Source: Dehalococcoidia bacterium (GTDB lineage: Bacteria > Chloroflexota > Dehalococcoidia > Lucifugimonadales > UBA3495). Taken from it: DNA of 64,000 nucleotides. The DNA lies in NCBI GenBank assembly GCA_965237775.1, contig OZ250155.1, positions 5,057,419-5,121,418 on the forward strand, written 5' to 3'. Within the stretch, counting starts at the first letter, position 1, and every line of letters starts with the position of its first letter. The translations under genes and the position numbers were made by a program. The notes below the pieces were generated by a model. That model searched no databases. It worked only from the letters and a program-made list of their open reading frames with translations, and was not told the origin of the DNA. Below, in pieces: positions 49,736 to 59,990 of this stretch.

Positions 49736-51305
49736 GTGCCAAGTTGTCGGGAAACGAGAGCCTAACCGAGAAGGTCGCGGCTGCCTTGGTCGTGGGTGCC
49801 ACCATCCGGGCTGAGGGCGGGGTGTCCACCACCATTGGCTGGGACGTTGATGTGGGCAACGAGTTGGGAACCGTATTCTACGGAACATTACCTGTGGTGA
49901 TGAGGGTGGCCGAGGCCAAGATCGACGCTGAACCGTACTATGACGGAGCCATGCTTTGCATTCGCGACGCGACAGATGGGTGGGTTAGGGAGAAGTGTTC
50001 GGATGGGTAGCTCCTCCGTCTCGCTTCCCAATGGTCCTGCAGGACCATTGGGAGTTTAGCGGGTGGGATAGTTCCCGGCTGCGCGAGGGCCGCGCCAACA
50101 CCGCTCGGGGCGCCGCCCACTTCCTGTGGGAGACCGTGGGGCGGGTGCGCCATGCCGGGGCCAAGGGGCAACTCACGGTGCGGACCGACAGCGGCTTCTA
50201 CACCCACGCCGTGGTTGCCGTCTGTCGCAAGACGAAGGTCCGCTTCTCCATCACCATCCGCCAGCGTGCCAGCCTGCGCAATCTCATTGAAGCCATACCC
50301 GAGGCGGACTGGACGCCCATCCCTTACTGGATGGACGGTGCCGCCGACGTGGCCGAGACCGCTTACACTCCCTTCAGGAGCAAGCCCGATGCCGCGCCGG
50401 TGCGGCTCATCGTCCGGCGGGTGAAGCCCACGCCCGGTTCCCAGCTGGCCCTCTTCGCCAGCTACAGCTATCACGGCTTCATCACCGACCGGGACGGGGA
50501 TACCCTGGAGCTGGAGGCCGACCATCGCCGCCACGCCGAGGTCGAAAATGCCATCCGAGACCTCAAGTACGGCGTGGGACTCAATCATCTCCCGTCAGGC
50601 CGTTTCGCCGCCAACGCCGCCTGGCTGGCCGTCCAGGCGCTGGCGCATAACCTGGCCCGCTGGACGGCGCGGCTCGGCCTGGGTGAACGGATCGTGACCA
50701 CCAAGACGCTCCGGCGGCGGTTCTTCTCCCTGGCCGGACGGCTCACCCGCTCGGCACGCCGTCTCACCTTGCACCTTCCGCAAAGCTGGCCCTGGGAAAC
50801 CCAGTTCTACAGCGCCCTGGCCCGATTGCGCGCCCTCCCCCTCCCTTCCTTCCTGACGGCGTGGTCGGCAGCCGGCCCGCCTCGGACCTCATCCTCACCC
50901 GCCAGCCAATCAAACGTCTCCCCAACTCGTGCCAGATGGGCCAGCGAGAGTTTCCCGCTGCCTTCGGTCTCTCCATGAGCAGCGCCCCACGGCCACCGCC
51001 GGCAGCCACTGGCCCAGCCTGCCTCAAATCCGCCCGGACGATCGCGGCTCCATGCCCCTCACGTCCCATTCCACTGCCCCCACAACGCCGCTCGGTGGAT
51101 TCGGGCTAAGGCTGTAGACAATATAGGTTCTCGAAAGGCCAATCTTCGAGTAGAATCCGATAGCATCCATAGACGGAGCAACCACCGAAATCCGTTTCTA
51201 CCTTCGTTGACCAGTCAACAGCCAGAAACTAAAATCCTGTATGACTCGACTGGCCCAGGAACGGTAGAAGCTGCAACCCCTCGACCGCGAGAATGAGTTT
51301 AGATA

Positions 51306-52430
51306 TTGACAGTCGGTGACGTAGATTACCCCAGACCACTAGAACTAGATGATATATATGTCCTCTACCGCGATGGCGGTAGGTGGGTCACCTGCTTTTG
51401 CACCAAGACTATCTCCCGATCAATCGTCCCACACCTAAAGAGAGACCACCCTGATAGGTGGGCTGAGTGGACGCGCCTGTTCGTCAGGCTACGAGCCTCG
51501 GGTTATCCACCAAAACGAATCATGCGAGCCTTCTCGGACCGCAACGGGAACCTTCTGTTCTCTTGGACTGTTGTCGAACGATCTATTCGTGACGCGGTTG
51601 AGTCCAATATGGAGCCATATTCCCCTCCGAGAAAGAAGAGGATCACAGAATGGGAACCTGAAGGTTTCCAATTGGAAACAACCACGATATGGGACTTCCT
51701 CCAACGTGGGAGTTGGGGAGTCCATAAGGGGGATTACCGTGGCAATTGGCCCCCCCAACTTGTAAGAAACCTGATCCAAAGGTACTCATGCGAGGGTGAC
51801 CTGATAGTAGACCCATTTATGGGTGGAGGTACAACCTTACTGGAGGCTTGGCTCCTACAAAGAAAGAGCATCGGACTTGACGTATCCACTCTGGCAGTTC
51901 GGACAACCTCTGGGAGGCTGGAGGAAATGGAGGAAATGGCGGAACCGAGCAGCGAAATTACTCTCGACCCGGAAATGAGGCCAGTGGTCATCCAAGGAAA
52001 TGCACTGAACCTTGGAGAAATTCTCAAGAGCATTGGCATCGATTCCGGGGGAGTATCTCTAGCTTGCGTACACCCTCCTTATCTAAATGCCCTTCAATAT
52101 ACCAAAGACGACGAAGACGACATATCTCGCATAGACGACCCGAAAGAGTTCGCAAGACGGATAGGTTGCTTCGCCGAAGAAGTCCATGCAGTGCTGGAAG
52201 CAGGCGGATTTTGTGCGGTGCTGATGGGAGACGTTCGTAAAGAAGGGCGATTGGTTCCATTGGGGTATGAGACGTTAAACCAATTCGTTAAGGCCAAGTT
52301 TGAACTGCGGGACATCATCGTCAAGGTCCAGCACCGCGATAGAAGTTCAGAATTTTACGCGCGCAGCAACAAGCAATTACTACTGTCCCATGAATACCTG
52401 TTCATCATGCGAAAACCCAAGGGAACTTAG
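51306..52430 (+). CDS. SAM-dependent amino-methyltransferase (probably DNA N4/N6) with N-terminal extension
   Basis: HKGDYRGNWPPQ, DPFMGGGTT, HPPY and HEYLFIMRK motifs; N-terminal CFC-x10-HLKRDH. Start codon uncertain (TTG). Confidence 0.85.
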   Translation: MTVGDVDYPRPLELDDIYVLYRDGGRWVTCFCTKTISRSIVPHLKRDHPDRWAEWTRLFVRLRASGYPPKRIMRAFSDRNGNLLFSWTVVERSIRDAVESNMEPYSPPRKKRITEWEPEGFQLETTTIWDFLQRGSWGVHKGDYRGNWPPQLVRNLIQRYSCEGDLIVDPFMGGGTTLLEAWLLQRKSIGLDVSTLAVRTTSGRLEEMEEMAEPSSEITLDPEMRPVVIQGNALNLGEILKSIGIDSGGVSLACVHPPYLNALQYTKDDEDDISRIDDPKEFARRIGCFAEEVHAVLEAGGFCAVLMGDVRKEGRLVPLGYETLNQFVKAKFELRDIIVKVQHRDRSSEFYARSNKQLLLSHEYLFIMRKPKGT

Positions 52431-52756
52431 ACGACGTTCACATGACCTATCGACCTCCAGATCAACGTCGCGGTGCCCTATCTGATTCAGGCAACCGGCA
52501 GGTTAGAATGCCGTAAGCCAATCCTGCATCGATGCGCAGTGGGCCTCAGTCGCGACGGAGTCACAAACACTACCGTACTGTTGCCAACGGTGTCTTGGGG
52601 GTATCATGCCCCCACGTGACCAATAAGACCCGCGGAGGGAAATAACCCGAGCCGAACCATGTATCTGACACTCCACCGTGAACCCGAGGAAGGAGATGCG
52701 GGATAGTCCCGAGAAGTCCACATCGTTTGAGTATTCCGGGTAAAATCCCGCCATAG

Positions 52757-53269
52757 ATGAACTACACAGAACTACTAGCCGCCCACTGGACGAATGGTGT
52801 CGCATGGCTCTTCTGGAATGCCATAGCAATGCTCGGATTATGGGCAGCCGGACTCGTGATCTTCTTATTCCTAGAGCACCCGCCATGGCTCCAACTTATC
52901 GATAGAGGCCAGTTCTTCCTATACAGCGTCGGATTTCTCGGTCAGGCAATGTATATCCTCACTAAGGAGCGCAGAATAACAACAATCCCCCACCGTCGCT
53001 TGATGGTATCCGTCACCGTATCGTGCCTCATCATCTGCACGCTTCTATTCTGCGGGAACGTACTCTCCAATTTCTCTGATAGCCCCGACATCATCGCTAG
53101 GACCGCTTTGCTACGGTATATCGGGCTAACCGTCCTGCTCTCGTCGGTCACCATCGGGTTCCTAGTCACAATCGCAGCAGAGGAACGCGACAATGTAGAT
53201 CTCCATAAGCTGGGCCAGGCGGGCGTTCGCCGATTGGAGAATCAGATCACACAGGGACTGGAGAGGTAA
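52757..53269 (+). CDS. Four-helix membrane protein
   Basis: Four hydrophobic segments; 4 bp from the DGQHR gene. Confidence 0.8.
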   Translation: MNYTELLAAHWTNGVAWLFWNAIAMLGLWAAGLVIFLFLEHPPWLQLIDRGQFFLYSVGFLGQAMYILTKERRITTIPHRRLMVSVTVSCLIICTLLFCGNVLSNFSDSPDIIARTALLRYIGLTVLLSSVTIGFLVTIAAEERDNVDLHKLGQAGVRRLENQITQGLER

Positions 53270-53273
53270 GATC

Positions 53274-54506
53274 ATGTCCTCAAATTCAGCAGGAACAGTG
53301 ACCTTGCGTTGCATCCCCGTTGACCAGCCCATTGGATTGTTTTACATCGGAGCAATGGATGCAAGGGACCTAGTCGCAATTTCGTGGGCAGACGTCCGCC
53401 GGATCGCATCCGTCGAGGAACAGCCGGCCGCAGTGGTAGATGACAGCGAATCACCAAGAACCATCGGGGAAGACCACCAGGTGTCGGGACTGATTGAACC
53501 TCTAGACGAAGAAGCTGTTCGCTATGAAGACCAGGGATTCGAGCAGTTCTTGGGGATTCAGCGGGAACTGAATCAGAGTCGAGTTTCGGAAATCATGCGA
53601 TACGTCCAAAACGTCGATGCGACTTTCCCGACCGCTATCCTGCTAGCCGTTTCATCAGAACACGCTAGTTTCGACGAAGCCAGCAACAAACTGTCGATAG
53701 TCCGCCACAGTAAGGTGGCCAAAATAATAGACGGACAACACCGGATAGCTGGTTTGAGCAACGTCGAGGAAGGGACGATATTCCAAGTCAACGTAGCAGT
53801 TTTCATCGACATGGACATCCAAGATCAGGCCATGGTATTCGCTACCATTAACCTGAAGCAGACGAAAGTAAACAAATCCCTAGCATCTGACCTTTACGAA
53901 TTCACGACAAGCAGGAGCCCTCAAAGAACCTGCCATGACATTGTGAGATTCCTGAACTACCGACAAGGTAGCCCGTTCCATGGCAAAGTCAAAATGTTGG
54001 GGGTAGGCCGGGAATCAACCGAAACGATTACCCAAGCCACATTCGTGGACAGGCTATTGCGGCTGGTTTCAAGGGACCCTATGAGTGACAGGGATCTGCT
54101 GAAACGTGGGAAGAGTATTGAACGGGCACGAGGAGCGCAGGTAAAGCGTCAAATTTTCCGGAATCTGCTCATAAGGGAACAAGACGACCTTATCGCACTC
54201 GCCCTCTGGAATTTTTTCCTTGCAGTCCAGCGAAAATGGCCGACATCGTGGAACAACGTTACGCCAGGAAATATTCTGAACCGTACCACCGGATTCTGTG
54301 CTCTGATGAGATTTATGAGGGTGGCATACGTATCGACGGGCACGCCTGACCAAGTGGTCAAGGCTGACCAGTACGCCACAATCATGAGTAAGATAGACTT
54401 AGAAGACGGTACATTTACTCCGGAAACCTACCTACCAGGTTCCAGTGGGGAGAAAGCCCTGTTCGATGAACTGGTCTCACAATCCGATTTGGGAGGTTAC
54501 AGGTAA
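53274..54506 (+). CDS. DGQHR-domain protein (DndB/ParB-like superfamily)
   Basis: GIQR, FPTAILLA, IIDGQHR and FATINLKQTKVNKS motifs. Confidence 0.92.
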   Translation: MSSNSAGTVTLRCIPVDQPIGLFYIGAMDARDLVAISWADVRRIASVEEQPAAVVDDSESPRTIGEDHQVSGLIEPLDEEAVRYEDQGFEQFLGIQRELNQSRVSEIMRYVQNVDATFPTAILLAVSSEHASFDEASNKLSIVRHSKVAKIIDGQHRIAGLSNVEEGTIFQVNVAVFIDMDIQDQAMVFATINLKQTKVNKSLASDLYEFTTSRSPQRTCHDIVRFLNYRQGSPFHGKVKMLGVGRESTETITQATFVDRLLRLVSRDPMSDRDLLKRGKSIERARGAQVKRQIFRNLLIREQDDLIALALWNFFLAVQRKWPTSWNNVTPGNILNRTTGFCALMRFMRVAYVSTGTPDQVVKADQYATIMSKIDLEDGTFTPETYLPGSSGEKALFDELVSQSDLGGYR

Positions 54507-54596
54507 ACCAACAGCCGGGTAAGTCAGGATACCTATTAGGCATACCTAGGTGTACAACCCTAGCCGTCACCTCCATCCCGAAGGAGGACCCCAAGA

Positions 54597-55100
54597 TTGG
54601 AAAAGCCTGGACCGAACCGGGACAGGGTAATTGCTACATATAAACGTAGCAGAGCAGGGTTCACAGTTACAGCGCCCACTGGGAAAAAAGCCGTTGCAGA
54701 GGCCCGACGTATAGCCAAAGCTCAAGGAATGGGCCGCATACAGGTCAATCGCGTGGAAATGCTGGACGACTTCACAATCACGCACAACCCGTTCTTTGAC
54801 GCGCCACTCACCATGCTCGGTGGGAATTGCCAAGAAACGGACACGGGAATCACTTACGCTGAGCGTACATTCGCTGACGTAGTCCCGACCCTCTCTGTCA
54901 CTGAGCTTAATGCGAAGATTGAAAACGTCTGGAATCATCTGGTCTCATTCACTCCAAGACCGGAAGGACCTCCATTGAAGGCGTACGAGCTGAAAGGCCG
55001 GGTGTTCATAGACGACGGTCTCAGCGGACGTCAAGAACTATCCCAGAGGAGAAAATTGCGAAACTCAGGCGGCTTCGCAGACAGTAACGGTTTACGTTAG
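54597..55100 (+). CDS. Hypothetical protein
   Basis: AGGAGG upstream of a TTG start; same strand as the cluster. Confidence 0.55.
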   Translation: MEKPGPNRDRVIATYKRSRAGFTVTAPTGKKAVAEARRIAKAQGMGRIQVNRVEMLDDFTITHNPFFDAPLTMLGGNCQETDTGITYAERTFADVVPTLSVTELNAKIENVWNHLVSFTPRPEGPPLKAYELKGRVFIDDGLSGRQELSQRRKLRNSGGFADSNGLR

Positions 55101-55247
55101 AAATGATGAAGAAACCGTAATAGGGGATTAGTTCGGCCAGAAGCTCGTAGAGGGCGATTCAACAGGCGGCATATTGCAGATGCTGCCTTTGCTTTTGGGT
55201 CATTACGGAAGGGCAAAACTCTTGTAAGAAGAGGGCGTCAACCTAAC

Positions 55248-58145
55248 CTACATCACCAGCGTGGCGTCTTTGGGGCGGGCTTTGCCGCCGTGGACCGAGG
55301 GTTCGGCGCACCACTTAGCGGCGAGGCGGCGCACTCCCTCGTATATGCCTTCGTCAAGGCCGAGCAAATTGCAGACGACGCGGCGGTCGAGCAGGGCGCG
55401 GTTGGCGTCGGCGTCTGCCAGGTAGGCGGGTTTCAACTCCCGGTCGCGGAAGTCGTTGAGGATGTCCTCGGCGGTGGCAAGCTGGACGTCGCTGAGGGTG
55501 CGGAAGTCCAGGACGGGAAGGGATTCAATCCCGTTTATCGTCATCGCACCCCGCCCACTCTGTTGACGACTAGACCGCCACCAGAATAACAGCAACCCAA
55601 GGGTGCAGTTGCCCCACAGCGAAAAGGCTGAGTCATACCGACTATCGGCAAATCTCACGTTCGGCCACGCTCGGCCTCCTATACTCTTCTGGCCTGTCAG
55701 AGCTACCGATAGCGGCTGAGACGTAAATCGGAATTCTTGGGTGATGTGAGAGCGGCTAGCTACTTCCCACAACTTGTCAGCAGCCTTCTCCATTCCATTA
55801 CGTGCTTGCATCTGCGAATCAGGTAAGCAAACCAATCTGGCTTCGTTTTTGGCATCATGATTCCACAGGGCGGGATAAGTTGCAGTAGGACTAGGGGCTG
55901 CTTTGATGAATGGACCATTGTGGGCAGGGCTTACGAAAAATTGGTGGTCAATACCGCGCTGACCCACTTCACTTAGAGGCACCAACGGGATTGTGTGCAT
56001 CTTCGGTTCCGCCGGTAACCAGAGATTGCCAGACGCGAGCAAATTGGCGACCTGGGCCACGGAGGCGTCCAGGATCCGTGCAACTCCCCAACCATTCGCA
56101 TAGTCGTCGATTGGAGCATCCAAAGACTCTCCCACAAATTCATCCCCGACGGTCAATGGAGTCCCACCATAGGGTCCGACCTCTAGACTACGAATGGATG
56201 GTTTATTGATGATGTTATTTGCAATCGCGGCCGCATGGGCAAATCCTCGCGTGCGGCGACGCAACGACGTAAAATTCCCGCGCTGCATAGTATCACCCTT
56301 GCGGGCGATTACTAGGCATTCCGCCATGCCTGTGTCTGCCGAAAATGATAATTCGCTGTCACCAGCCGCAACGATACTCAATACGGATACATCGCTGTAT
56401 TCGGCGGAGATTAACCGTCTAAATTTTCCCCACGCGGAGCCATTGATTGCGGTGAACGGAAGTACGAGAGCTACAACTCCTCCGGGTTTGAGTTTGCGGT
56501 GAGCCAGGGAAGCGAAGGCCGACCCCAGCCCGGCGTGACCATGATAGGCACTCTCACTTGCTAACCGACGCAATTGTGCAGCCATCTCATTCTGGTCAGC
56601 TATCGAAGATGCGTATGCAGCGAATGCAGCGTTGAGTACCCCCGAGTCAGCGTCGTAGTGCTTGGTGTTGCTGGTGAACGGCGGGTTCATTATCACAATG
56701 TCAAAGGTCCCGTCGGGTATATCGACATTGATCTGGGCGGCGGTCTCCTCTCCGACGCTGCCGGTGCGTAGGGCCGGGTCGTTGGTGTTGAACAGGGTGA
56801 GCACCTGGGAGGGTTGCAACAACTCCAGGGAACCGATGCTGACTGTGCCGTCGGACTGGCGGCCGTAGGGCATGGTGTAGATGCGGGACTTGTTGAAGGT
56901 GATGTCGGGTTGGACGCCGGAGAGGGTGGCGCTGGTGATGTGGGCGGCAGAGGGCATGACGTCGCAGCCGTATAGGACCTCTTCCATCATCACCGGGTGA
57001 AGCGCGGCGAGGTCTCCACCGGTACGCTGGTGGCGGGCAGCCACCTGCTCGTAGACCGCGGACAGGAGCGCGCCGGTGCCGCAGGCGAAGTCGCCGATGC
57101 GCAGCTTGCCGATGGCCTCGGGGTCGGCCCAGTCTATTTCCGAACCGGGAGTTTGCAACTTGGCCACGGCCAGCCGGGCCAGGAGGGCGGCGGACTCGGG
57201 GCGGGTGTAGAAGGTGGCCAGGTACTTGCGGTCGGCGATGAGCCGCTGGAAGATGCGGCCGGTGAGGTCGTGGGCGTGGGTGACGCCGGCGGACTGCACC
57301 TGCTGGGCGGTGTCTCCCAATACGGCCAGGACCTGACTAGCGTGGCCGGAGTCGAGTTGGCTCAGGATGTCCCTGGCGATGGCGAATATAGGCCAGTAGT
57401 TGATTTCGAGGATGGTTGCCCACGCGGCCAGGGTCTCGGCCTGGGGGTTGGCGACCTCGGGGCCGCAGACGAGGTTGAGGGGCTTGACCCCCTCGTGCTT
57501 TCCGGCGATGCGCTCGTGGAACACCAGGGCGTTGGCGACGATGGCACAGGCCATGCGGCGGGTCTGGGGAACGTCGGACATTCCCAGGAGGCGGGCGATC
57601 TCCCTAGCTGTGACGGGATTCAGGTCTTTGAGTTCGTCCAGGATGACCGCGGCCCTTTCGATGCCGTCCTGCAGGGTGTCGGCAGCGCGGTCCACTTCCT
57701 TCTGGGGAACGGAGACCAGTCGGACAAGGTCAGCAAGGTCGGTGGCGGATCCTTCGAGCCAGCCCGATTCGGGGAAACGGCTGCCGTCCTCGTAAAGGAC
57801 ACAATAGGAGAGGCGGGCGTCGGCGACGGCCTGCGATACGTTGTAGGAGTCGCGCACGGACACGGGGTAGCGCAGGGCTATGGCCGCCTCGATGGTGCGG
57901 GACTCGCCTGCTACCTGGAGGCCTAGGCGTTGGGCCGCGTCCTGCTCCGCCTCGGGGGCGGGTTCGTACTCGGCTTCGACGACCACGGGGGAGCGGCCCG
58001 GCGCGGTGATGAGCACGTCGGCGTGGCGACCCGGATGGGCAGGGAAAGTCTGCGTGTTCTCGGACAGTACCCTGCTGCCGGGCATCATGGCGCGGAGGAG
58101 GTCGCCGAGGACGTTGTTGGCGTTGGGTTCGGTCTGGTTGGGCAT
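55248..58145 (-). CDS. Type IIG-like fused restriction-modification enzyme (nuclease, N6-MTase, target recognition domain)
   Basis: N-terminal DVLI...VVEAE, FYTRP, DFACGTG and MNPPF motifs; likely start MPNQTEP at 58145. Confidence 0.88.
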   Translation of the reverse strand: MPNQTEPNANNVLGDLLRAMMPGSRVLSENTQTFPAHPGRHADVLITAPGRSPVVVEAEYEPAPEAEQDAAQRLGLQVAGESRTIEAAIALRYPVSVRDSYNVSQAVADARLSYCVLYEDGSRFPESGWLEGSATDLADLVRLVSVPQKEVDRAADTLQDGIERAAVILDELKDLNPVTAREIARLLGMSDVPQTRRMACAIVANALVFHERIAGKHEGVKPLNLVCGPEVANPQAETLAAWATILEINYWPIFAIARDILSQLDSGHASQVLAVLGDTAQQVQSAGVTHAHDLTGRIFQRLIADRKYLATFYTRPESAALLARLAVAKLQTPGSEIDWADPEAIGKLRIGDFACGTGALLSAVYEQVAARHQRTGGDLAALHPVMMEEVLYGCDVMPSAAHITSATLSGVQPDITFNKSRIYTMPYGRQSDGTVSIGSLELLQPSQVLTLFNTNDPALRTGSVGEETAAQINVDIPDGTFDIVIMNPPFTSNTKHYDADSGVLNAAFAAYASSIADQNEMAAQLRRLASESAYHGHAGLGSAFASLAHRKLKPGGVVALVLPFTAINGSAWGKFRRLISAEYSDVSVLSIVAAGDSELSFSADTGMAECLVIARKGDTMQRGNFTSLRRRTRGFAHAAAIANNIINKPSIRSLEVGPYGGTPLTVGDEFVGESLDAPIDDYANGWGVARILDASVAQVANLLASGNLWLPAEPKMHTIPLVPLSEVGQRGIDHQFFVSPAHNGPFIKAAPSPTATYPALWNHDAKNEARLVCLPDSQMQARNGMEKAADKLWEVASRSHITQEFRFTSQPLSVALTGQKSIGGRAWPNVRFADSRYDSAFSLWGNCTLGLLLFWWRSSRQQSGRGAMTINGIESLPVLDFRTLSDVQLATAEDILNDFRDRELKPAYLADADANRALLDRRVVCNLLGLDEGIYEGVRRLAAKWCAEPSVHGGKARPKDATLVM

Positions 58146-58346
58146 GGCCCGCTCCGGCGGTGGGGTGGTTGATGCTGGGAGTATAGCAGACAGTTCAAGG
58201 GATGTTCGCGGGGATGCTGAGGGGAAGCCCTGACGCTGGATTGCTGGGTCGCTCCAGCGTCGGATTCCGGCGAGTTTTGCATTTCCCTCGGACGAGGTCT
58301 CGTTGAGCCTGACGTATTGGCCTGACATTCAGAGGTCAGGCGAGAG

Positions 58347-58994
58347 TTACTCGGGAGTCGGCGTCCGGTCCTCCAGCAGGTGCCAGTACACCGCCCCAGA
58401 CTCCACCGACTCCGTCGCCTCCCTGTCGTTCCCGACACTGGCCACGGCGGCCTGCGCCAGCTTCCCGGTGAACGATGTGATGAGTCCGGCGTTCCGGACG
58501 TCCCGGTCGCAGTCCCTGCGGTCGGCCGTGAAGGAGACCTCCATCGCTATGTACCTGGTGTCGGCCACGTCCGTCGCTTCTATCACCAGGCCGGCGTTCC
58601 TGAAGCTGCGTCCGATGTCCCTGGGAAGGGCGTCCGCTGCCATATCGCCCAGTTCCCTGGCGCTTAGGGTCCGGACGAACTGCAGGCCCATGTCGGAAGC
58701 TATCCCCGGGGCGTCCTGGACGGTTCTGGTCCGGGCGAAGTCTCCCTTGAGGGTGCCCATGTCGTTCTCGACTCGGCCCACGCGCTCCTCGAGGTTGGCG
58801 GTCCGGGCGCTTTGCTCCTGGGCGAAGGCGCTCTGCTCCTGGGCGAAGGTTTCGAACTTCTGGACGAAGGCGTCGAACCTGACCGGGAGCTGGAGCAGCT
58901 CGTCGCCCAGGATGAGGGCCCGCACGGCCTCCCGCCAGGCCGGGTTGTTCCAGAGCGCCTCCAAGAAGTCGTCCTGGTTGTTGATGGTCGTCAT
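58347..58994 (-). CDS. Coiled-coil hypothetical protein with degenerate PD-(D/E)XK-like C-terminus
   Basis: P.WREAVRALILG.ELL.LP, heptad repeats, YIAMEVS.TA...D..R..RNA. Confidence 0.75.
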   Translation of the reverse strand: MTTINNQDDFLEALWNNPAWREAVRALILGDELLQLPVRFDAFVQKFETFAQEQSAFAQEQSARTANLEERVGRVENDMGTLKGDFARTRTVQDAPGIASDMGLQFVRTLSARELGDMAADALPRDIGRSFRNAGLVIEATDVADTRYIAMEVSFTADRRDCDRDVRNAGLITSFTGKLAQAAVASVGNDREATESVESGAVYWHLLEDRTPTPE

Positions 58995-59021
58995 GGTTGC
59001 AGATTATACCCTGTTCCCGGC

Positions 59022-59460
59022 TCACTGGCCTGCTCTGTCCGTCGTTGCCGCTCGTTCCCCTCTGGCTGCGGCCCTTCGCCTGGCGTCGCTGCGCCTGCGG
59101 GACTGCCGGTGGCTCTCAGCACACGCCTCACATCTGGTCTGGCCCGGTATGGCAGGCTCTTGCTGCAGTCCCGACACTTGCTGGCCTCCTTGGCCTTCTG
59201 ACGCCGTTCCTGGGCAAGGTGCCGGTTGTACTCCATGCGCTCCGGGCTCTTGCTCCTGGCCCGTTCGTACTCCCGGTGGGCCACCTGGCTTGTCTCTTCG
59301 GCGGCCGCTATCTCCCCGGGCGTTCTGCTGGGGACTGGCTTTGTCGGTTGCTTGTTGGCGATGGCCTTGGCCGGAGCCTTGTTCTCGCGCCGGTCCGGTT
59401 GTCTTTGCTTCTTCCTCTTCTTGGTGAGGTCGATTGTGTACTGAAAAACTTGTCCTTATG
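59022..59460 (-). pseudogene. Basic Cys-motif hypothetical protein, frameshifted
   Basis: KCRDCSK and PAIPGQTRCEACAESHR occur in adjacent frames. Confidence 0.5.
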
Positions 59461-59645
59461 TACGGCAGACCCCCGTGAGGCCTGGGTGGTGGTGGACGGA
59501 CGTGGGTTGATCCTGCGGGAGGGGAATTGAGGTTCCTGCTTCCCTTGCCGGGAGGGTCTGCAGACGGTCCCGGGTTTCTCAGGGGGTTCCAGCCGCGTTC
59601 CGTCTCCGTGCGGCCATGGCTGCCTGATACAACGCGAAGTGTTAC

Positions 59646-59990
59646 ATGGGTGTCGAGGGTCAAGTTGCTAAGGTGGCGCTGTGCGCATTCGTCGGCATGG
59701 TCGCTTTTTTGGTATTGAGATGGTTTGTGCATGGGGTCGACGCTCCCTGGCCGCAGTTGGAATGTCCGGAGCACGTTTGGGGCATGGTGGAGAGTGGCAG
59801 CCTGGCGCGCGGGGACATCACTGAGTCCCCGTCCACGATGGATCAGTACAACTGCAGTTTCACGGATCCTGAGACGAGGCCGTTCGCGGCCACGAGTTGG
59901 ATATTGTTCGGGGCGATCACCGGTTTTGTCTTGGGAGCGCCGCTGTTGCGGAATTCTCGCCGCCCGGTGGAGGGATTGGTCGGTGGCTAG
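59646..59990 (+). CDS. Possible small membrane protein
   Basis: Two hydrophobic segments flanking a Cys-containing loop. Confidence 0.4.
   Translation: MGVEGQVAKVALCAFVGMVAFLVLRWFVHGVDAPWPQLECPEHVWGMVESGSLARGDITESPSTMDQYNCSFTDPETRPFAATSWILFGAITGFVLGAPLLRNSRRPVEGLVGG

Larger units (their letters stand above)
45802..50076. mobile_element. Non-autonomous TIR cassette carrying a lipoprotein gene (split 45830-46024 / 49735-50010)
   Basis: GGGAACTATCCCGCCCACTAAA / TTTAGCGGGTGGGATAGTTCCC; imperfect duplication GGCTGCG(G/C)G. The ORF MNILCLGVLACALVAC...HDL rejoins GAKLSGNESL... Confidence 0.85.
45122..51105 (+). mobile_element. IS1380-family element interrupted by nested insertions
   Basis: TIRs CCCGAATCCACCGA / TCGGTGGATTCGGG. 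Transposase N-half 45242-45800 (IDLDST, GYHPLLA..MARLR) and C-half 50077-50978 (LREGRANTARG, RTDSGFY, EVENAIRDLK). Confidence 0.9.

Noticed and set aside
53274-54506. Calling a dnd phosphorothioation system
   Set aside because: No DndA/C/D/E or Ssp homologs are visible in the window.
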